Positions 1-10,067 of a stretch of DNA of 64,000 nt are shown here, piece after piece. This stretch comes from Candidatus Latescibacterota bacterium (lineage in GTDB: Bacteria > Latescibacterota > UBA2968 > UBA8231). The notes beneath the pieces are model-generated. The model saw only the letters and a list, made by a program, of their open reading frames with translations. It searched no databases and was not told the DNA's origin. A program made the translations under genes and the position numbers. Within the stretch, counting starts at the first letter, position 1. Each line of letters starts with the position of its first letter. Where the stretch lies: positions 6,048,001-6,112,000 of the forward strand of contig CBDETY010000003.1 in the NCBI GenBank assembly GCA_965243025.1. The letters run 5' to 3'.

Positions 1-14
1 AATACGGAGAAGGT

Positions 15-458
15 ATGGTAGTTCTTGCCTGGACTGTCGTTCCGGGAGCCGATGGGTACAGGATTTACGGAGAGGTCCTCGTGACCGTTGCATTGAATTC
101 TCAAGGGGAAATCGTAATCCTTGAAAGCCCAGAGGTAGTTTGGGTGTCGTGGGGCTATGTGGACCAGCAGGATTCGGAAATAATCCGGGCTACCATTCCG
201 ATCCTGGATGAGGGGCCGCCCGCCCTTGCCGTGGCCGCAGAAAAGGACGGGGTGAAATCAGAAATCGCCTGGCCGCCGGCACATCCGGACTTCAACCGGG
301 ATGGCCAAGTGAACCTCCTCGACTTCTTCCTGCTCGCCGACGCCTTCGGGAGCACCCTTCGGGGATTCGACCTCGACCGGGACGGCCGGGTCGACCTGAA
401 CGACTATTTCCTGTTCGCCAATGCCTTTCAGACCGGCCAATGGCAACCGGGGAACTGA
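15..458 (+). CDS. Protein with C-terminal duplicated dockerin-like/EF-hand Ca-binding motif (probably N-terminally truncated by the window edge)
   Basis: Two repeats DFNRDGQVNLLDFFLLADAFG and DLDRDGRVDLNDYFLFANAF. Confidence 0.7.
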   Translation: MVVLAWTVVPGADGYRIYGEVLVTVALNSQGEIVILESPEVVWVSWGYVDQQDSEIIRATIPILDEGPPALAVAAEKDGVKSEIAWPPAHPDFNRDGQVNLLDFFLLADAFGSTLRGFDLDRDGRVDLNDYFLFANAFQTGQWQPGN

Positions 459-681
459 ACTCCCCGGAGGGGCACCTTTCCTGGCCGGTTGGGGAAACTG
501 CTTCGGTAATTGATCGGACAACCATGAGAACTGCGAAAGCAGCCACGAGGGCGTGCAGGGGATCTTTCTCCGCGATTTGGGTCGAAGCTCTTGCCGTCGT
601 GGAATAGGTCACTCCCAGAGAGTTATCGCTCAGTGCTACCTCGCCGCAGCCGTTCCTGAATCTCCCCAGGCAAATGTCAAG

Positions 682-724
682 AACGGTTTAAAAGTTGACA
701 GTTCCAACGGTTTAAAAGTGGACA
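682..724 (+). repeat. Tandem transposase-binding repeats in the IS21 end
   Basis: AACGGTTTAAAAGT(T/G)GACA at 682-700 and 706-724. Confidence 0.85.
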
Positions 725-729
725 CTTTT

Positions 730-1553
730 CTACTCCACGCGGCTGGATTCTGTCCGCGCATGTGTTCTCCTTCCGGTTGACGAGGGGTATCTCCGGTGGT
801 GAGTCCGGACTGGCGACGATGCCGCAGGCGGTAGCTGTCCCCCCGGATGTTGATGGTGGAGGAGTGGTGTAACAAGCGGTCCAGGAGCGCGGTGGCCAGC
901 ACCGGATCGGGAAAGATCTCGTTCCAGGTGCCATAGCTCTTGTTGCTGGTCAGGATGATGGACTTGAGCGCTTCGTAGCGCTTGCTGACCACTTCGAAGA
1001 GGAAGGTGGCGTCCTGGCGCTCGGGGCATGTAGCCGACCTCGTCCAGGACCAGCAGGTCGGGTCGGGTCAGCGTCTGGAGCAGGACGGACAGACGGTTCT
1101 TCTCGCGAGCGCTGCGGGAGCGGGTGACCAGATCGTGCAGGGTCAGGAAATAGACGCGGTGGCCGCGCTCGATGGCCTTGAGGGCCAGGCCGAGAGCCAG
1201 GTGCGATTTGCCGACCCCGGGCGGTCCGAGGAACAGGACGTTGGTCCCCTGGTGCAGGAAGCGCAGCGTGGCGAGCTCGTCGATGGTCTGTTTGGGCACC
1301 TGGGCCTGGGCGTGGAAATCGAAGCTTTCCAGGGTCCTGGTCGCGGCCATGCCCGACAGTCTCAGGTTGGTGGCCACCCGGCGCTCGAAGCGGTCGGCGC
1401 GCTCGCGGTTGAGGAGCTCATCGATCACTTCCACCGGCAGCTGCTGCTTTTTCTGGCCCTCTTCCAGGACCGTATCCAGCCGTGCGGGCGGCGTTCAGGC
1501 CGAGTATTTCCAGGTGTTCCTGCACGCCGCTCGTAACTGACGGTCGCGCTCAT
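730..1553 (-). pseudogene. istB: IS21 helper AAA+ ATPase IstB, frameshifted
   Basis: Walker A GPPGVGKS and Walker B LLVLDEVGY in one frame; IILTSNK...ATALLDRLLHH...RGDSYR in another; ATG at 1553 overlaps the istA stop. Confidence 0.9.
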
Positions 1554-2879
1554 GCGAGCACCTCCTGCGACGTTTCGGCGAGCAGGTCCTCATACACCTC
1601 CAGCGACCGGACCTGGACCTCGAGATCCGGATCGGCCGCCCTCGGCGGCGGTGCCGTGAGCGCCCGGGCCGGCTCGGGCGGCCTCTGCTCGAAGCGGGGG
1701 CGCCGTCCTTTCCGTCGGCTGTGCTGCCGGGCCGCTGCTCGCGTGAGCCGGCGGAGGGCGGCGGCGTGCTCGGGCAGGGTGACGGCGGCATGCCCCTGGA
1801 CTCGCGCTGATGACGAGCCACCGGGACGTCGCCCAGATACACCCAAAACAGTTCGCCGACCTCCTCGCCGTCGGGTCGCACTCTCACCGTGCGCCCCACC
1901 GCTTGCGGATCGACGCTGTAGCGGGTGCCCCCGTAACTGATATGACCGTCGGAGGGCACCTGTCGGAATTCGATCGGACGCAGGTCGTAGACCGGCACCG
2001 CGGCCGGCGGCCGCAGGTGGGCGCGCTCCTCGGCGTGACGATCCACCGGTCGGGCCCGGGTGGTGCCGTGCACCCGCACGTTGGCCACCGTGTCGAGCCA
2101 GATCTCGAGCTGGCGATTGAGATCGGCCAGGTCGACGAAAGCGCGGCCTTCGAGGAAGGATGTTTTCACATACCCTACCCCGCGTTCGACCTTTCCTTTG
2201 ACCCGCGGCCAGTACGGAGGCGACGCTACCGGCACAAACCCGTAGTGATGGGCGAACGCCAGGAACGACGGGTTCCAGTGCACGGTGCCGGTGCAGACCT
2301 CGTGCTGATCGACGGCCTGCTTCATGTTGTCGACCAGAAGCTCCGCCGGGATGCCCAGCCGCCCGAACGCCGCACTCAGACAGGCCAGCAGCACCGGCCG
2401 TCTCGAGGAGGTCGTGAAGCGGGCGTACATCATGCGGCTGTAGCCGAGCACGACGACGAACACGTAGAGCTTTCTGCGCGCTCCGGCCACTTCGAGGGTG
2501 CCGCACTCGCCCCAATCCATCTGCGCCTGCTGGCCGGGCAGGGTTTCGAAGGCTCGCTGAGACGCCGGACGAACTCCTGCTTGAGGGGCCGTACGTAGGC
2601 GCGCAGGATGCTCAGCCCGCCCCGATACCCCCGCGCCGCCAATTCCCTGAACAGCACCGTGGCGGGCAGGTCGAAACGTTCCAGACGCGCGCCGATGTAG
2701 TCCTTGTGCGCATCGAGCTTGGAGGCCTTCCGCCGCCGCTTCCCGGCGAAGGGGGTGGCGCGCTGCAGGTGGTTGTACACGGTCTGGCGGCTGACGCCCA
2801 CCTGCCGGGCGATCGCTGCCTTCTTCATGCCCTGACGGGCCAGATAGTTGATCTGCATGGCCTTCTCCCAAACGATCAT
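1550..2879 (-). pseudogene. istA: IS21 DDE transposase IstA, frameshifted
   Basis: N-terminal HTH (IARQVGVSRQTVYNHL), FETLPGQQAQMDWG, LVDNMK, KGKVERGVGYVK and RVHGTT, split over three frames. Confidence 0.9.
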
Positions 2880-3393
2880 CGATTCGAAGCCTTCCCTGTG
2901 TTTGTCGGGGATGTTTTTCAACGGACCATCCCAAAGTACAAGGCACAGCGGAGGCTTCATCAGGGTGGACACGACCGGACCTGAAGGCCCGGCTTCGAAT
3001 CGGCGCGGAAACCGGGCGGAGAGGGGCTGAGAATCACAGTGTGGATAACTTGCTGGAAGACGCTCACACCGGGTTATCCACATCTGAGTCCGGTACCTCC
3101 GAGAGGACGAGCGATTATCTCAGGAGATACGCACCCCGAAGTGTCCAACTTTATATCCGTGATTTTGTCAAAGAAAAAACCGGCGGTGACAGATTGACCA
3201 CGACCCATCCCGGTAGGGGTTCGCGGCTGTGGCTGCTACGGGGCTTCCACTGACAGCATACGGGGCATCGATTCGAACAACGGTGCAACCTGACATGCTT
3301 CCCTGATCCAGAGGAACCCAGCGTAGGCTCGAGCGTCCATGTCGGGATACACGAACCGGTAAACTCTCTCCAGACCTTGAAGTTCCCACGCAA

Positions 3394-6300
3394 GTGATCT
3401 TCAACCGTGCTCCGCGGGACGGGATTGTGTTCGTCCTCTCGCTCGCGGCCCTGACCGCGGCCGCCGAAGCGCAGCCCCCCTGGCCGGCAATGGACTCACC
3501 CCCGCCCCGCGGGCCTGAAACCCCCGCCGGACTCGCCGGGCAGCTTTCCCATGCCCGAGCCGTCCTGGCCAGTTCCTGGACGGCGACCGCGGAAATGACC
3601 GGGAAGACTTCCGGCAGCGTGCGCCTTCTCTACGAGGCCGGGCCCGCGACTCCATCCGGTCCCGCTTCGGTCGAGCCGGTCGCCTTCGATCACCTCCGCG
3701 ACCTCCACCGCAGCTGCACCGTCGGCATTCCCCCGGACAGCGAAGTCGAGATGGAGGTCATCGAAGCCCGCGTCGCGGCTCGAGTCCACGCCCCCGGGGC
3801 GGTTGAGCACTTCGCGGGTCTGGTCCAGGGCCCGGTCGCGCTCGGGGAACGCGGCCTTCTGCGAAGTCAGGAAGTAGTTGCGGTCGGGTTCGGACCCCGG
3901 CTCGACGGCGAGGAACTCACCGTTTTCGACCGCATTGAGGTCGAGCTGCGTTTTTCCACCTCCCGGGGAGCGAAACGGCCTTCCTGGCCCGACAAGTGGG
4001 GGGAACTGCTGTACCGCAACACCCTCGTCAACTACGAGCAGGCGAGGTCCTGGCGTCTCCCGGCGGGTGGCCTCGGGGCCGGCAAGGCAGCCGACGAGCA
4101 GGTGCTGAGCGGCGAGGTGCTCAGGCTTACGGTCCGCAGCAACGGCATGTACAAAGTTACCGGGGCCGACCTTGCAGAAGCGGGCATCGACCTGGAGACG
4201 GTTGTCCCGGAACGCCTGCGCATGCTGTACGGAGGGGGCCGGGTTCTGGGTCTCCAGCGCGCCGTAATTCCAGGTATCATCCGCCGCGAAATCCCGGTTC
4301 TGGTCGAGGACGGCGGCGACGGCCGCTTCGACGCGGGCGACTTCCTGCTGTTCTACGGCGAGGCGACCCAACGCTGGGAGTACGGGCGCGACGCGAAGCA
4401 GTATTTCTGGCGGCAGAATCCCTTCACCGAGGAGAACGTCTACTTCCTCGATACCCGAGCCGAGGTGGAGGGTCTCAGGATGAGTCAGATCAGCGGAGCT
4501 CCGGACAACGGTTCGGCGCGCCGGATCGACAGCTACCGCGAGCGGATCCATCTCGAGGACGACCGCATGATTCGGTTGCTGTGGTGGAGCATAAAGACGG
4601 GTTACGACTGGTACTGGGAGGACTTCGGGGGGAACGCCCGCAACTTTTCCGTGATCGTGCGCGAAGCGGTTCCGGGAACTCCCGTCGACATCCGGATCCG
4701 TTTCTGGGGATCGAGGAAAGCCGTCCACAGGTTCGATCTGTACTGGAACGACGAGCTGGCAGGACAGGTCAGGATGGACAGCATGTTCGTGGCCACCCTC
4801 CGGGCGCAGGCCCCGCAGGGCCCGAAGGAGGGCCTCAATCAGCTGGGAATCTTCCAGCGCGACAACAAGGGGACGCGCCTGGACTGGATCGAGGTCGAAT
4901 TCGACCGCCGGCTGTCGGCAGAGGGGGGCGAGCTGACCTTCGCCTGGCCGCCGTCGGCGGTGCTTGAGAATGAGGGCGCGGTAACGGCGGAGTTTGTTCT
5001 GTCGGGGTTCGCCGAAGAGGGCAAACCCCGGATCTTCGAGATCTCCGCGCAGGGGTGGCCGGGGGAAATCGTCGGTTTCGACTGGGACGGGACCACGGGA
5101 ACCGCGGTCTTCCAGGACCGGTTCGGCGGGGAGGGAGTTCCGCCGCGCTACATCGCCATCGTGCCCTCGCGGTGGAAGCGGCCGGCGGCAATTGAGCGCG
5201 ATGCTCCGAGCAGGTTGCGCACCCGGGACAATGGGGCGGACTACATCGTTCTCACCCATGCCGATTTCCGCGCCGCTGCCGACCGCCTGGCCGAGTGGCG
5301 GGCGGCGGACGACCGCTTCGGACGTATGCGGACGCTCACTGTCGACGTCCAGGACGTCTACGACGAGTTCTCCGGGGGACTGCTCGACCCGATGGCGATC
5401 CGGTCGTTCGTCAACTACGCGGTCGACAACTGGGATCCCGCTCCCTGGTTCATCTGCCTGATGGGTGACGGTACTCACGATTACAAGAACAGCACGGGCA
5501 CCAGCCACCCGAACTGGATGCCGGCGTACCAGGAAGGCATAAGCATGTTCGACGAATGGTACGTGCGCGTGGAAGGAGAGGACCGGATTCCCGACCTGGC
5601 CATCGGCAGATTGCCGGTGCAGTCGGCAACAGAGGCGGAGGGGGTGGTCGACAAGCTGATCTCCTACGACTCGGACCCGGAGGTCGGTCCATGGCAGAGC
5701 CGGGTGCTGCTGGTGGCGGACGACCTGCGCAATCCGTCGAAACTGGACTTCGTGGAATCCTTTTTCATTCGCGACGCCGAGTCGCTGGCGAAGCGCGTCT
5801 TCCCTGCCGACCTCGATCTCGTCAAGCTCTACATCGCCCAGTTTCCGCTCGAGGGGAGCACCAAGCCGCAGGCAAGGGATGCCTTCGTGCGCCGCTTCAA
5901 CGAGGGAGCGCTGATCGTCACCTACCTCGGACACGGGAGCCTCGATGTGCTCGCCCACGAGAAGATGTTCCTGCTTTCAAGAGACGCCGACCGAATCGAC
6001 AACGGCAGGCGGCTGCCGTTCATGTACACCGCCGCCAGCCAGGTCGGGGTGTTCGACGATCCGGACCAGCAGTCGATCCCGGAAGTTCTGATGAACCGCG
6101 CCGACGGCGGGGTGATCGGGTTCATATCGGCCGCCCGGGTAGGCTTCCATACCAGCAACATGTACCTCGCCTGGGAGTTTCACCGACTGATGTTCAGGTC
6201 GGAGGAGAGTAACCTTCCTCTGGGACTGGCGCTGACCATCGCCAAGCAGAACGTCACCGGCAACCAGGACGACCGCACCAACATGCAGCGCTACTGCCTG

Positions 6301-7332
6301 ATCGGCGACCCGGCGTTGCGCCTCGCCAGACCCCGGTACGTCGTCGCCCTCGCGGTGCCGGATTCGGTCCGGGCGCTCGAGGAGGTCCGCGTCGCCGGCC
6401 GGATTCTCGACTCCGACGGACGGCTGGCGGAAGACTTCGCCGGAACCGCCCTCGTGCAGGCGTTCGACTCCACTACGAGGAGCAAGCTGGACGACATCCC
6501 CTACGACCGCGTCGGGAACCCGATTTTCCGCGGCCTGGTGCCGGTTGCAGGGGGCCGTTTCGAGACCGCCTTCCGCGTGCCCAAGGACATCAGCTACAAG
6601 GAGGACAACGGCCGGGTCAGTGCCTATGCCTGGAGTGACCATGCTCCGGCCGCTTTCGGGTCGGTCGACGGCCTGGTTCTCGCCGGCACGGCGACCGGCG
6701 TTTCCGCCGACGAGACCGGACCCGGGATTGCGATTGGATTCAAGGGGAAGGATGGTTTCAAAAGCGGGGACACCATCCCCGGCGAAGCGGTCCTCGAAGC
6801 TGTGATCAGCGATCCGAACGGCATCAACATAACCGGGGAAACCGGGCACGAAATGGAGCTCCGGGTGGACGGTGCGCGCTTCATCGTCACCGAGCACTTC
6901 CACAATACCGGGGACTACCGCAGCGGCCTCCTCGAGTTCCCGCTGCCCGCCATGGAACCCGGTACCCATACCTTGCGTCTCAAGGCCTGGGACACGTTCA
7001 ACAACTCGTCCCAGGTCGAGGCGGAAGTGCGTGTCTCGGAGGCGGAGGACGGGGTGCTTTCCCGGCTGCTGTTCCACCCGAACCCGATGCGGGACAGGGG
7101 CGACTTCACGTACACTCTCGAAGATGCGGCGGAGTCTGTCCGCATCAGGGTGTTCTCGCTCGCCGGAACGCTCGTCGACGAGCTTTCCGGCACGGGGCAC
7201 GCCGACTTCAACCAGGTGGCCTGGACTCCTCCCGGGGAGCTCGCCAACGGCACCTACCTGTACCAGGTAGAGGTCGAGCTCGCCGATGGCTGGCGCATCG
7301 AGAGGAAGGCCGCCATCCAGGTGATGAAGTGA
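3394..7332 (+). CDS. porU: PorU-like C25 (gingipain) family protein with signal peptide and T9SS-like C-terminal domain
   Basis: GMYKVTGADL, FLLFYGE, NPFTEENVYFL, VYDEFSGG..DPMAIRSF, IGRLPV, YLGHG, LIGDPAL, SDPNGINITG, HTLRLKAWDTFNNSS, HPNPM C-terminal domain. Confidence 0.85.
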   Translation: MIFNRAPRDGIVFVLSLAALTAAAEAQPPWPAMDSPPPRGPETPAGLAGQLSHARAVLASSWTATAEMTGKTSGSVRLLYEAGPATPSGPASVEPVAFDHLRDLHRSCTVGIPPDSEVEMEVIEARVAARVHAPGAVEHFAGLVQGPVALGERGLLRSQEVVAVGFGPRLDGEELTVFDRIEVELRFSTSRGAKRPSWPDKWGELLYRNTLVNYEQARSWRLPAGGLGAGKAADEQVLSGEVLRLTVRSNGMYKVTGADLAEAGIDLETVVPERLRMLYGGGRVLGLQRAVIPGIIRREIPVLVEDGGDGRFDAGDFLLFYGEATQRWEYGRDAKQYFWRQNPFTEENVYFLDTRAEVEGLRMSQISGAPDNGSARRIDSYRERIHLEDDRMIRLLWWSIKTGYDWYWEDFGGNARNFSVIVREAVPGTPVDIRIRFWGSRKAVHRFDLYWNDELAGQVRMDSMFVATLRAQAPQGPKEGLNQLGIFQRDNKGTRLDWIEVEFDRRLSAEGGELTFAWPPSAVLENEGAVTAEFVLSGFAEEGKPRIFEISAQGWPGEIVGFDWDGTTGTAVFQDRFGGEGVPPRYIAIVPSRWKRPAAIERDAPSRLRTRDNGADYIVLTHADFRAAADRLAEWRAADDRFGRMRTLTVDVQDVYDEFSGGLLDPMAIRSFVNYAVDNWDPAPWFICLMGDGTHDYKNSTGTSHPNWMPAYQEGISMFDEWYVRVEGEDRIPDLAIGRLPVQSATEAEGVVDKLISYDSDPEVGPWQSRVLLVADDLRNPSKLDFVESFFIRDAESLAKRVFPADLDLVKLYIAQFPLEGSTKPQARDAFVRRFNEGALIVTYLGHGSLDVLAHEKMFLLSRDADRIDNGRRLPFMYTAASQVGVFDDPDQQSIPEVLMNRADGGVIGFISAARVGFHTSNMYLAWEFHRLMFRSEESNLPLGLALTIAKQNVTGNQDDRTNMQRYCLIGDPALRLARPRYVVALAVPDSVRALEEVRVAGRILDSDGRLAEDFAGTALVQAFDSTTRSKLDDIPYDRVGNPIFRGLVPVAGGRFETAFRVPKDISYKEDNGRVSAYAWSDHAPAAFGSVDGLVLAGTATGVSADETGPGIAIGFKGKDGFKSGDTIPGEAVLEAVISDPNGINITGETGHEMELRVDGARFIVTEHFHNTGDYRSGLLEFPLPAMEPGTHTLRLKAWDTFNNSSQVEAEVRVSEAEDGVLSRLLFHPNPMRDRGDFTYTLEDAAESVRIRVFSLAGTLVDELSGTGHADFNQVAWTPPGELANGTYLYQVEVELADGWRIERKAAIQVMK

Positions 7333-7379
7333 CCGAACGGGAGATCCTGGGAAAGCCACAGCCTGGTTGGCTCGCGACG

Positions 7380-8000
7380 CCGACTCCGGATCCGCAGGCA
7401 ATCATGTGGAATTCCCCAGCCGGCTAAAACAGTCAAAAGACCGTGCCCGGGCACTCACGGCCTGCCGGTTCGCCCGCTTTCGGGATTGCCCTCGTCTCGT
7501 AGTTCCGCAGCTGCACCTCGACCCGGGCCGTTCCTTAATCTCCCGGGCACACCGATCCGGACTGAGATCCCTCCTTGGTCAGAAGCCGGGGCCTCGATCC
7601 CCGGTGCCGATTTCCCAAGGGGGTGTGCAAAGGCAAACGAGAGGATCCTTCGCGAAGAGAAGCCGCGATGCATTCTCCGAAGGAGAAACACCCTGCCTTC
7701 CGCACCCCCGACCGAACGGAAGAAGATCCAGCCGGGCAACCGGGGAGCTTCCGGGGTAACCTGCCTGTCCTCCGCATAGCCTGCAGGTCTCAGCAAAAAC
7801 CATGGCAGAGAAGAAGGGAGGCAGATCGCCCCGACGGCCTGCTCGAAATTCCAGGTGATGAAGGGGTTTCCACGTCGGCGAAGCTCTTTGCCGTCGAAGA
7901 ACAGGGCCACCCCCCGGCAGTTCCGGTGTCTCCCGGAAACCCGATACGGACTGAGATCCTCCTCCGGCCTCCCCCACCATCCCCCCCTCCTCCGCTTGCA
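7380..8000. repeat. Degenerate ~380-390-bp non-coding repeat units, left group
   Basis: ACGGCCTGC at 7457 and 7835; CTCCCGG...CCGAT(C/A)CGGACTGAGATCC at 7540 and 7930; blocks also shared with 9469-9633 and 9901-9953. Confidence 0.55.
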
Positions 8001-8268
8001 GAGACTAAAGTTTCCCGCCCCCATTATGAGATTTTTCGGAATAACTCGGAAGCCGATTTGGTTGTTTAGCTCAAACCGGTTACACTAAAGGCACATGCAA
8101 CAGGAAGCCGGCTGGATCCACCGCCGCTTCCCAGTCCCATCTGTCGGTGACATTCCGGCAGAGTCACCATCCCACGAAACCCGAAAGGACTGCCATGGGA
8201 GCGTGAATCACACTGTTTGTTGAGGGCCTGGTTTCAACACGGTACTCCACGGCCCGAAGGTCAGTACG

Positions 8269-9279
8269 ATGAGCAAGGGTAAGGATGTCTCGCTGGTTTA
8301 TTTGTACAAGCTGTTTCCAGACAATGCCGCAGCAGAGAGATGGATCGAGGAGATCAGATGGGGGAAAAGGGCAGACGGCCTGCCCGAATTCATACGCTGT
8401 CCGCACTGCGGCGGTGGCCGCGACCGCATCCGGGAGTGTCGCAACCGCAAGCCGATGCCCTACCACTGCGGAGCCTGCCGAAAACGGTTCAGCGTGCGCA
8501 TCGGAACGGTTTTGTACCGCTCCAGGATCTCCTATCGGAATTGGGCTTTCGGCATCTGGCTGTATCTGTCCGACCCGATGGGGATCAACGCCGTGCAGCT
8601 GAGCCGCAAACTCGAAGGAGTCAACTACCGGTCGGCTCTGTTCCTGCTGCACCGCCTCCGGGAAGGCTGGCCGGATTCCGAACCGCTGCGCAGCAGGTTC
8701 CTCGAGGTGGACGAAGCCTGGGTCGGAGGGAACGACAAGAAGAGGCACGCCGACAAGAAATTCGGGCGCAACTGGAGGAAGGGAAGGGTTCAGGTGCTCG
8801 GAGGCGCAGACCGGGAAAGCGGCAGGGCGGCCGCCGAGGTGATCTTCCATGCCGATCACGGGACCGTGGCCCCCTTCGTAGAGGATCACCTGGAAGAAAA
8901 TGAAACCCTGTGCACCGACGAGGCCCCGGTCTATGCGGCCTTGACCTGGCCGGGCACGCACCTGGTCGTCAACCACCAGAAAGGCGAATACGTCCGGGAC
9001 GAGGCCCATACCAACACCATCGAGGCGTTCTGGGCCAAGCTGAAGGCGGTTATTTTCGGGACCTACCGGCACGTGTCCCCCAAGTATTTTTCCCGCTACC
9101 TGAAGGAGATCGTCGGCAGGTACAATATCCGGGGGATGGCTCTCCTGGATCAGATGGAATTTCTCGTTCGAGGGATGCTGAATAAACGGCTGAGCTATCG
9201 GGATCTGCTGGCGACGGAGGTCCCTCCGACTCCCTTCACCCATCACCGATCAGGAGAAAGGGCGAGTCTTTTCGAGTAG
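8269..9279 (+). CDS. IS1595-family (ISXO2-like) transposase
   Basis: Zn ribbon CPHC...CGAC, KRFSVRIGTV, EVDEAWVGG, CTDE, HTNTIEAFW, YLKEIVGRYN; intact ORF. Confidence 0.92.
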   Translation: MSKGKDVSLVYLYKLFPDNAAAERWIEEIRWGKRADGLPEFIRCPHCGGGRDRIRECRNRKPMPYHCGACRKRFSVRIGTVLYRSRISYRNWAFGIWLYLSDPMGINAVQLSRKLEGVNYRSALFLLHRLREGWPDSEPLRSRFLEVDEAWVGGNDKKRHADKKFGRNWRKGRVQVLGGADRESGRAAAEVIFHADHGTVAPFVEDHLEENETLCTDEAPVYAALTWPGTHLVVNHQKGEYVRDEAHTNTIEAFWAKLKAVIFGTYRHVSPKYFSRYLKEIVGRYNIRGMALLDQMEFLVRGMLNKRLSYRDLLATEVPPTPFTHHRSGERASLFE

Positions 9280-9283
9280 TCGG

Positions 9284-9953
9284 CAAGGCGACATCTCGAT
9301 GCTGCCTGCCGTCTGGCGCAAAATGGTCAGTCTGTGCCTGTGGAATCCGCCGCATCGTCTCGTCGAGCTGGAGTCGCCGAACAGAAATGACCCCTGCTCA
9401 CCCCGGTGACGACGGATTTGCAGGCTCAGGGGAATCCGCGCATCCCCACCTCGATCCGAGTGGGCTTCCGATCCACGGTGCCGACTTCAGGGGGGAGGTA
9501 CCTGGGAGTCCGGATAGATCGGCGGATGCAGACTGCCTGGCTATTGGGAACGCAATAATATGCTGCTGCTCGTTGCCTCCGGTCAGTATCCTCCGTAGGA
9601 GAATACCCCGTCTTCCGCATCGGTCGAACTGAGTCTGGGGGTGGAAGGCGATCATTTCGAATGGTCAGCAAGGCGACATCCCTGCCGGCTGCCTCCCCTG
9701 TTGCGCCTGAAGCTCAGGCTGCACCCGAGGAATCCTCAGTCATCCTGCTTGCCATCTTGTCGACCAAACGGAATGATCTCCTCCTCACCTCGACGACGAC
9801 GGCTTTGCAGACCCCGGGGGAATTCGCGCATCCCCCTTCCTCGATCCGGGTGGGCTTCCGATCCAGGGTGCCAATCTGGCAGGTTTTTCCGGTCAGCACA
9901 CAATCATGTGGAATGGCCAGCCAGCCGACATCTCCATCTCCCGGCTAAACAGT
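9284..9953. repeat. Degenerate ~385-bp direct repeat units, right group
   Basis: CAAGGCGACATC near 9285 and 9668; CGACGG(A/C)TTTGCAG...GGAAT(C/T)CGCGCATCCCC...CTCGATCCG(A/G)GTGGGCTTCCGATCCA(C/G)GGTGCC at 9410-9482 and 9797-9872. Confidence 0.75.
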
Positions 9954-9993
9954 GGGACGGGGGATGTCCGTTTCTCTGCATTTTCTCTATTAT

Positions 9994-10002
9994 ATTATAC
10001 CA
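9994..10002 (-). promoter_or_regulatory. Extended -10 sigma70-type promoter pointing leftwards
   Basis: TGGTATAAT on the minus strand within an AT-rich block. Confidence 0.5.
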
Positions 10003-10042
10003 GATTTTCTTTAATTTCGCGGATGAGATTACTAAAATTGCC

Positions 10043-10067
10043 TTGTGTAATTAAATGCATATATCCC
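10043..10067 (-). mobile_element. Probable IS1595-like element terminus
   Basis: GGGATATATGCATTTAATTACACAA on the minus strand; abrupt GC-to-AT switch that cuts the adjacent gene mid-domain. Confidence 0.5.

Larger units (their letters stand above)
675..3191 (-). mobile_element. IS21-family insertion sequence, decayed
   Basis: TGTCA...TGACA termini. End at 675: TGTCAAGAACGGTTTAAAAGTTGACA...AACGGTTTAAAAGTGGACACTT. Reverse complement of the end at 3191: TGTCACCGCCGGTTTTTTCTTTGACA...ACGGATATAAAGTTGGACACTT. Encloses istA and istB remnants. Confidence 0.9.

Noticed and set aside
3040-3082. Replication origin
   Set aside because: Only two DnaA boxes, inside an IS, with no AT-rich unwinding element or dnaA/rep gene.
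3496-7401. Long minus-strand ORFs (820 aa, 474 aa), and similar ones at 50647, 54896, 56588, 58322 and 61112
   Set aside because: Antisense shadows of well-supported genes on the other strand.
8000-9300. Terminal inverted repeats tightly flanking the IS1595 transposase
   Set aside because: No convincing pair found by eye, so element boundaries are left undefined.
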